Source: Sphingomonadaceae bacterium
Lineage (GTDB): Bacteria > Pseudomonadota > Alphaproteobacteria > Sphingomonadales > Sphingomonadaceae
Direction: 5' to 3'
DNA: 64,000 nucleotides
Assembly: GCA_030147805.1 (NCBI GenBank)
Contig: JASBUR010000031.1
Coordinates: 99,518-163,517 of the forward strand
The notes under the pieces are model-generated. The model was given only the letters and a program-made list of their open reading frames with translations, did no database searches and was not told the DNA's origin. The position numbers were made by a program, and so were the translations under genes. Of the stretch, positions 8,378-17,300 are shown piece by piece. Positions within the stretch are counted from its first letter, which is position 1, and the number at the start of each line of letters is the position of its first letter.

Positions 8378-11374
8378 TCCGCCGCCCCCGCCGCCGCCGG
8401 CGCGGCGGTCGCCGCGCCGTCACCCATTACCACGAATGCCGCCCAGAAAAACGGGTGTGCCGTCTGCGGCTTGGCGATCATCGACAGCTGCGCGCTGCGC
8501 AGCGCGTCGGCCGAACCCGTCGCCATCTCGGGGCCGAGACTGGTGAACAGGCTCGACATCAGCTCGGCGGTCGCCGCCGAGGGCACCTGCCAATGGCTGA
8601 TCAACATGTTGCGCGCGCCGGCGTGGAAGAAGGCCTCCGACAGGCCCGACAGCGATTCGCCGCCGAAGCGCGAGCCGCCCGAGGCGGTGTTGCAGGCCGA
8701 GAGCACGACGAGATCGGCGTTGAGCGACAGGCCAGCGACTTCGCTCGCCTCGAGCAGCCCGTCCTCGGCGCGGCTCTGCGCGGCGGCGGGCGGGGTCAGC
8801 ACGAGGCCAGGCTCGCCCTGGCACTTCAGCTCGCCCGGCAGCAGGCCGTGCGTCGCCAGATAGAGCACGCGGTAGCGCGACAGTTCCTGCGCCCGCAGGT
8901 TCGATTCATTGGCGCGGTCGCCTAGGAACAGGCTGGCATCGTCGGCGCGCAGCACGCGCGCGACGTTGCGGACTTCCGACGCGGTGTCGGGCAGCGAGGC
9001 CAGCGCGGTGAGCAGCTCGGCCGGCATCGGGCCGTCGACGCGGCAATTGCCGGCAATGCGCGCGAAGGCGGTGCTCGTGGCGGCGCTGGTGGTGCCGGCC
9101 CGCACCGGCGTCGCCAGCACCGGATTGCCGAAGGCGAGCAGCGGCCGGTCAGGCGTCTTGGCGGCGCGGGTGGTGCGCAGCGTGTGGAAGGCCTGCAGCG
9201 ACGGCGAATGCGCGATCGCCGCGCGCCTCGCCAGCCAGGCGGCATCGCCGTAGCGGTCGCTCGCCGGCGCGCTGGTGACGAGCAGCGCGAACGGCAGGCT
9301 GGCGAGCGGGCCGGTCGGCACGAAGCTCAGCCGGTCGAGGCTGGCCAGCTCCGGCTCGAGATCGGCGAACAGGTCGCGATAGAGCTGGTGCGCGCGGCGC
9401 GTGTCGAACTCGTTGATCGAGCCGCCCTGGATTTCGAGCGAGCGCCGGAGCGCCGTCACCGCGTCGCGAAGCTCGGCCTCGCCGCCCGTCGCCTTGCCGA
9501 TGAAGATGCCGTCGCGGCGCACCAGCTGGACGAAGGTCGCGTTGCGGCCGATCAGGAAGGAGACGACGCCCTCGCGCTCGGCGATGCGGCTGCGCAGCTC
9601 GTCGAGCTGCATCGGCCGGCCTTCGGCCATCGCCGCATAGTCGGGGAAGCTCGCCACCAGCGTCGCGCGCAGCTCGCCGATCTTCTTGTCGGCGTCGGCG
9701 ATATCGTTCTTGAGGCCGTCCTCGACCTCGGCGCTGCGCTCGCCGTCGGGCAATGAGCCCTCGTGTGCGAGCTTGACGCGCGCGAAATCGGCGACGCGCT
9801 CCTGGTCCTGGATCTGGCGAAGCAGCGCCGCGATCTCGGGATTGGCCGCCGACAGCCGCGCCGCCGCCTGCGCGATGGTCTTGTCGACCAGCGGCGAACG
9901 GATCAGCTGGAAGGCGTCGAACGCCTCGGCGTACAGACCCTGCCGCTCCTTGGGATCGTCGAGCGTGCGGGCATAATCGACGACGGCGGCGGCGAAGGGC
10001 AGCAGGTCCTCGGTGGTCAGCGCCACCGAGTCGCGCGGCAGCGCCTTGGCCGCCTGCATGACGTCGCGAAACGCGATGATCGCCGAGCGGTGCATGCCCT
10101 CGCTCTGGTAGGCGCGGCCAAGGATGGCGCGCATGCGCAGCGTTGCGGCGCCCTCGCCCGAGATGGTGTGGCGTTCGGCGAGCGCGTTGCGCAGGTAGGT
10201 TTCGGCGGCAGACAGCCGCCCCTGCGCGACGCTGACCTGGCCGAGCGTCGACAGGATGTCGGAGCGCCAGAAGCGCGGCAGCCCCTCGGTCGAATTGACG
10301 ATCAGCAGCGCCTCGCTCGCCGCCGCATAGGCGGAGACCGGATCGTCCTGGCGCAGCGCCATCAGCGCCTGCAGGTTGAGCGCCATCGCCATCTCGCCAC
10401 GCGCCATCGTGCGCAGGCCGCCGGGCGAAGCGTTGATCGCATCGGCGCCGCCGGCACCGCCGCCGGCGACCTCGCTCCAGATCTCGGCGGCGGTACGCGC
10501 CTGCGCCAGCGCGCCGGCGAAGTCGCCGCGATTGGCGGCCTCGTAGCCGAGGTAGGTGGCGAGGCGCGCGCGGTCGGCGGGGTTCGACGAGCGCTGGATG
10601 ATCGGCTCGGCGCGGCGGAACAGCGCCGCCGCCTCGTCGGCCCGGCCCTGGTTCGACACGTTGAGCGCCAGATCCATCATGATCTCGGCGGCGGTGACGT
10701 CGTTCTCGCTGAACAGCCGCGTCTGCACGTCGAGCGCCTGGCGGAACAGGCTTTCGGACGCGGTATATTTTCCCTGGCCGTTGGCGACGCGGGCGTCGCG
10801 CAGCAGCGACTTCAGCTGGTCGATGTCGCCGGCGCTCGCCAGCACCACCGGCTCGCCCCACAGCGCCTGCAGCTGCGCGACGAGCTGCGGCCGCGAGCCT
10901 TCGACCGGCTGGCCGACCGCGGTGGCGAGCACGGGGAACATCGAGGCGGCGCCTTCGGCGACGGTCAGCACGCCATTGGCCTCGCGCGCCAGCACCAGCG
11001 TCGGCCAGCCGCCGCTGCGCGCGCGGCACGGCAGCGCCAGCGTCTCGCCGATCCAGCCCGGGCTTGCAGTCGAGCCGGCCGCGCGCCAGCTGCCCCGGGC
11101 GGCTGGCGTCGAGCGCCGCGAGCAGCGCCGCCTGGCGGGCGTCGCCGGCGGGCAGGCCGGGGGTCTTCGCATAGGCGATCGCGCCGCTGACCTTGCCGTT
11201 GCAGACGATGCGTTTCTCGATCGGAAGCCCCGACACGGCGGCGACATCGTCGCGATCGCGCGCGATGCAGGTCTCATCGGCGAGGCTGGCCGCGAGCGGG
11301 CTTTCCTGCGCCGACACGGCGCTCGCGGCGACCGTCGCGGCGAACAGCAGGGCGGTAGCGGCGACTCTTACCAT
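8374..11374 (-). CDS. secreted TPR-repeat CHAT-domain (caspase-like) protease; apparent single-base frameshift near 11050-11075
   Basis: The N-terminus with its signal peptide (MVRVAATALLFAATVAASAVSAQE..., ATG 11374) is in the frame of ORF 9149..11374. The rest is in the frame of ORF 8374..11277. The middle has TPR-like repeats. The C-terminal CHAT domain carries a His/Cys dyad context (RVLYLATHGLL ... DLVVLSACNTASG). The span is 3001 nt, which is 3n+1. Confidence 0.8.
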
Positions 11375-14300
11375 TGCGACGGGTTCCCGCTGCCCGAGAA
11401 GGCCTGATCGGCGCCGGGCACCTCGGTGGAGCGCGGCGGCGTCGGCAGCTCGACGTTTACGCCGGGCACGACGACGCTGGTGTTGGCGAGCTGACGCTTC
11501 TCCTGCGTCGGCTCTTCCTGCTCCTCCGACTCGGCCTCGGCGAGCACGGGGTCGCCCTGGTCGGCGGCGTCGCTCGGCGTCGGCGGCGGCGTATCGCCCA
11601 CCGGGCTCGGCGGCGTGGCCTCGACGGGCGGACCCGGCGGCGGTGGGGGCGGCGGCGTGCTGTTGCCACCCGTTGCCGACGGCGGGCTGGCCGGCGGCGG
11701 CGCTGGCGGCGGTGGCGGTGGCGGTGGCGGGGGCGGGGGCGGCGGCGCTGGCGGCGTGGGAGTGCCGCCCGAACCGCCACCCTGCGGTGCCTGTCCGCCG
11801 GTCGAGCCGCCGCCGCCGCCCCCGCCACCGCCCGTCGGCGCGCCCGCGGGGGGCGCCGTCGGTGTCGGCGTGGGCGTGGGGGTCGGCGTCGGCGTCGGCG
11901 TCGTGCGGATCGAACTGGTGGCCTGCTGGACGACGCTGTTCGTCACCTGCTGCACCGGCTGCTGCTGTGCCGGCGGGATCGGCGTCGATGGCGTGACGGT
12001 GAGCGCGGTCGCATTGCCCGGGGCCTGCACGAAGACGTAATTGGCAGCGGCGAGCCCGCCGCCGTTGATCGCATAGCTGCCCGCCGTGCTCGCGACCGTT
12101 GCCGGGCTGTCGAAGGCGAGCGTGCCGGTCGTGGCGCCGGCCTGTGTCTCGCCGGCGACGAAGCCCGCCACCGATCCGGTGAATGCCGGGTTGGCCTCGC
12201 CGACCGCCCGCGTCGCGCTGTCGGCGGTGTAGGTGAGCGTCGCCGGGGTGATCGTCCCGATCGCGCCGCTCGCGCTGACCGGCAGCACATAATTGGCGAG
12301 GCTGGTGCCGGCGTTAGCGGTGAAGGCGGCGGGGGCGAGCGCGGCAGTGACCGTCAGCCCGCTGCCGACGCCCGGCGAAGCGAAGCTGCCGGTGCCGGCG
12401 CCGAGCGCCGCGCCTTCGCCGGCGACGAAGCCGCCGATGGCGTAGTTGGCGCCCGCCAGCGTGGCGGTCACGGTCGCATCATAGATTTTCTGCACGCTGC
12501 CGGTAAGCGCCGCGGTCAGCGCCCTCGGCATGATCGTCGCGGTGCCGGCGGCCGGTACGGCGAGCGAGTAATTCCCCGCGTCGGCGCCGGTCAGCGCCGT
12601 GCCGGTGGCCGTGACGGCGCGTGTCCCCGCGTCCTTCGCGGCGAAGGTGAAGCTGGTGCCGGACGCGGCGACCGAATCGCCTGCGACGATTCCGGCGAGC
12701 GAAAGCGTGCCCGTCGCGGCGGTGCTGCCGTCATAGACCTTGTCGCCGGCGACGACGCTGGCCTGCAGCGCCCTGGCGCTGATGTCGGCGCTGCCCGCCG
12801 CCGTCGAGGCGAGCATATAGTTGCCGGCGTCGGTGCCGGTCAGCGCGACGCCGCTGGCGGTGACCGCCTTGCCGATGCCGACATTCTTGTCGGCGAAGGC
12901 GAGCGCGCCGGTCGCGGCGACGTTGTCGCCGGCGACGGTGCCGGCGAGCGTCACCTGTCCCTGCGCCGCCACCGTGCCGTCATAGACCTTGCTCGACGCG
13001 ACGACGGTGCCGCTGATCTGCCGGGCCGCGATGTCGGCGGTGCCGGCGCTCGTCGACGCCAGCATATAGTTGCCGGCGTCGGTGCCGGTCAGCGCGACGC
13101 CGCTGGCGGTGACCGCCTTGCCGATGCCGACGTTCTTGTCGGCGAAGGCGAGCGCGCCGCTCGCGGCGACCTGGTCGCCGGCGATGGTGCCGGCGAGCGC
13201 CACCTGCCCCTGCGCGACCGTCGTGCCGTCGTAGACCTTGCCGCTCGCGACGACGGTGCCGCTGATCGCGCGGGCCGAAATGCTGGCGCTGCCGACCGCG
13301 GGGCCCGACAGCATGTAGTTGCCGGCGTCGCTGCCGCCGAGCGCGATGCCGTTGGCGGTGACGGTCTTGTTGAGGCCGGCGTTCTTGTCGGCAAAGCTCA
13401 GCGTCGCGCCCTGCGTGCTGACTTGGTCGCCGGCGACGACGCCGGCGAGGCTGACGCCGCCGGTGGCGGCGGTGGTGCCGTCGTAGACCTTATGGTCGGC
13501 ATTGACCGCGACCTGCAGCGCCTTCGCGGTGATCGTGCCGACGGCGCCCGACAGCGAGGCGGCCGACAGTTCGTAGTTGGCGGCTTTCGCGCCGGCCAGC
13601 GTGAGGCCGGTCGCGGTGACGAGCTTGCCCTGTCCGACGTTCTTGCTGTCGTAGCTGGCGCTGGCGGCCACGGCGGCGAGCTGGTCGCCGTTGACCAGTC
13701 CGGTGAGCGCCAGGGCGCCGCCGACCGCAGCGTTGGTGCTGCCGTCGTAGATCCTGGTCACCGGTCCGGCGAAATTGGCGGCGATCACCCGTCGCGCGAC
13801 GGTGAGCGTGCTGTCGACGAGCTGTAGCGTATAGCCGGTCGGCGCCGAAAGATTGCCGAGGCCGAGCGTCAGCGCATAGCTGCCGGCATCGGCGGCGACG
13901 CCCGACCCGGCCGAAGCGAGCGTCGGCGCGCCGAGCAGCTGATCCTGGGTGAACACGTTGCCGAAGGCGGCGGCGTCGACGAGGCCGCCGACGCTATAGT
14001 CGCTGCCGAGCGCCGGCGCATTGAGGTTGATCGCGTCGCCGTAGGTCTTGCTCTTGGCGGTGGCGGTGAGCGTGGCCGTCGGCGCCTGACCGAAGGCGTA
14101 GCGGTTGCCGCTGGCACCGCCGCCGGGCAGCGCCGCGAAGCCGCTGGCGGCGAGGCTGGTGAAGGACTGGCCCCAGATCGCGCTCTGGTTGCTGAGCAGG
14201 CCGCCGAAGCTGTTCGCCGCCGGCGCCGACGAATAGACCAGCCACTGGCCATTGTTGGCGGTGCTCAGCGCGCTGGCGCCCGCTTCGTTGACGAAGCTGC

Positions 14301-17300
14301 CGTTGCTGATCAGTTCGGCGCGCGCCCCGTCGACGAGATAGTCGAAACCATTGGCGAGCGTGATGCGATCGCCGGCGATGACGCGGATGGTCGCGTTGGC
14401 CTCGCTGGTGGCCTGGCCGCGGAGAATGACGCTGCCGCCCACCCCGCTCGACTCGAAGACCGTCAGCGTCGGCTCGGGTGGCGGGCAGGGCCCTTCGCAT
14501 TCCGACAGCGAGAGGCTCTGCTCTGTCTCGGTGACGTCGACGTCGATCGTCCCGGCCCTGTCGCTGCCGAAGACGCGCGTCGGCGCGAAGATATTCTCGA
14601 GCTCGAAGCTCGTGAGCGCGAGCCCGGTGCCGCGCGGCGAGGTCCCGCCGAGGAAAATGTTCCGGCCAGCGGTCCGCGGCGCCACCGCGATCGAGTCCTC
14701 CGCGAACACGGCGCCGAACAGGTCGAGGTCGTCGGCATCGAAGCTGAGGTTGCCACCGGCGACGGTGAAGCTGGTCTCCCCTTCGTCGACCGTGATCGAG
14801 GTGGCGCCGAAGATCGCATCGCCGGACGCCAGGTCGATCCCGCCGAGGTAGCCATAGCCCTCGCCCATCGGATGCGGGCCGCCGACGGTGATGCCACTCG
14901 AAGCGCCGAGCAGGGCGGAGAAGGCGCCGCCCTGAGTGCGCAACAATCCGGTGACTTCGAGCGTGGTGCCGCTCCCGCCGATGATGTCGAGGTTGCCGCC
15001 GCCGGTATCGATGTCGCCGGCGAGGTACATCTCGCCGCCGAGGAACCCTTCGCCGGTGTCGATGCCGTTACCGACCGCGGCGACGAAGGCGCCGCCGTTG
15101 GTGAAGATCGATCCGCCGACGTCGAGCACGGCACCGTCGCCGCCGGTCAGCGAGACATCCCCGGAATAGGCGTCGATCAGTGCACTGGTCTGCAGCTGGC
15201 CGTGGTTGCCGACGTTGACGGTCAGCCCGCCGTTGGTCGCCGTCTGCACGCTGCCGCTGGCGATGAACCCCTCGAGCATCACCGCGCCTTCCAGCGCATT
15301 GATCGCGATGCCGTTGGTGGTCAGGCTGCCGCCGATCGTGACCGTGCTTTGCAGGTCGGCGTTGATGAGCAGGCTGCCACCGATGTCGTTGAGGCCGGTG
15401 AGATTGATGTCGGCGCCGGGGCCGCCATCGATCCGGAAATCGCCCCCCAGCGTGTGGAAATCGCCGCCGTCGCCGCCGCTGCTCAGCGAGGCGCCGAAGC
15501 CGAGCGACACCTGGATCGCGCCGCTGACGGTTTCGAAGGTGCCGAGGTTGCTGATTTCCGAAAAGATGTTGGCCTGCGCATTGCCGCTGCCGACCGACAG
15601 AGCGATTGCGCCATCCTCGGTCGTCACGGTGCCATATTCGTTGCGCAGGTAGGCGCCGTCGCCGATCGCCAGGTTGATCGTGCCGAGACCCTGCGTACGC
15701 GTCTGGCTTTCTGAGCGGAGCGTCAGATTGCCCTCGAGACCGAGCGTGATGGCGATGTTGCCGCCCAGGCTGTCGAAACTCGCGTCGATGATGCCGTTGT
15801 TGGTCAAGTTGTGATAGTCGCCGCCGACAAAGCTGATCGCCCCGCCGCCCGAGAAGATCTCGCCGTCATTCTCCATCCCCATCGCGTTGGGAGAAATGCC
15901 GTCATATTCGCTTTCGACGAGCACATTGCCGCCGTCCGTCTCGATACTGAAGGCGTTGTAGATGAAGTCGCCGGGCGTGTTGCCGTTGAGGTCGCCGCCG
16001 ACGATCAGGCTGAGGTCGCCGCCATTGGTGGTCAGCCGGTAGGGCATTTCGGGCGCCGCCTGCAGGTCGATCATATGGCCGGCCTTGACGACGAGGTTCA
16101 GCCGTCCCGGCAGCATGGCGTCGGTGGTGATCCTCTCGGCGATGGTGACTTTGGTTTCGCTGACCAGCTCGAGCGTCGAATCGCGGAAGCCGCCGGTGTC
16201 GATCTCGCCGGCCACGGTGAGGCCGAAGCCTACGCTGCCGCCGCCGCTCAGCGCTTCGCGGAGGGCGACGTCGGTGGCGCCATAGAGCGGGCCGTTGTCG
16301 CCGCCGACGCTGCTGTTGAGCGCCCCGGCCAGCACGCGGCCGTCGATGAAGAAATCGGACGACACGCCGCCGGCCCACAGCGGGCTGGTCGGCGTCGACG
16401 TTCCCCCGATGATCATGTTGCGCCCGGCGCCGACCCAGCTGCCGTTGGCGCCGCCCGCCGCGTAGCCGCCGAGATCGATGCCGCTCAGCACGCTGTCGAT
16501 GTCCTCGACATTCGCCGCACCGGTCACCTGCAGCCGATAGCCGACGGTTTCGAGCCGGCCGCCGTTGCCGCCGCGTGCCGAGATGCCGCCGTCGATGTAG
16601 ATGCCCGGCGTGGCGCCCTGGTCGCCTTCCATCACGGCCGCCACCGTGCGCACGACGATGGTGCCGCCGGTGCTTCCCGGCGACAGGTCGGCGGCCGAGG
16701 CGCGCAGTGAGGTGTCGTGGCCGATCCAGATCTCGCGGGCGAGCGGCTGGCTGCCGACCGCCGGGGCGCCGGCGAGGCCGCCACCGAGGAGGATGGTGCC
16801 GCCCTGAACGTTGCCCGATGCCGAGATTCGCGTGTCGTAGCGCTTGTCGACCACCAGTTCGGGATTCTCGTTCGGAATGAAGGTGTGATCGCCTTCGGTC
16901 TCGATGCGCTCGGCGGCGATGCGCACGCTGCCGCCGGTGCCGCCGCCGCCGCCGTTGGCGGCGGGCGTCACCGAATTGGCGACGATCGTGCCGCTCGGGT
17001 TGAGCTTGAAATAGGGGGTGACGACCTCGACGGTGCCGCCGGTGCCGCTGGCGCCGCCCATGTTGCTCGAATTGCTGCTCGCCTGAACGTCGATGAAACC
17101 CGAGGTTTCGATCGTCGGGTCGCTGCCGACCGGTCCGCCGGCGGTGGTCAGGAATATCTGGCCGCCCTGCCGCCCCGTGCCGCCGAAGGCGCGCGCCTGG
17201 ATTTCGACGATCGGCTGATTGGTGGCGTCGAAGTTGCTGGCCTCGACGTTGCCGATCTCGATCCGGTTGGCGAGCGGCGCGGCGGCATAGTCGGTGCCGG

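Noticed and set aside
11570-14100. A CRISPR array or other non-coding tandem repeat array, suggested by the periodic repeats.
   Set aside because: The repeats are in frame within a continuous 2385-codon ORF. They have an 83-codon protein-domain periodicity or are triplet microsatellites. There are no unique spacers and no cas genes.
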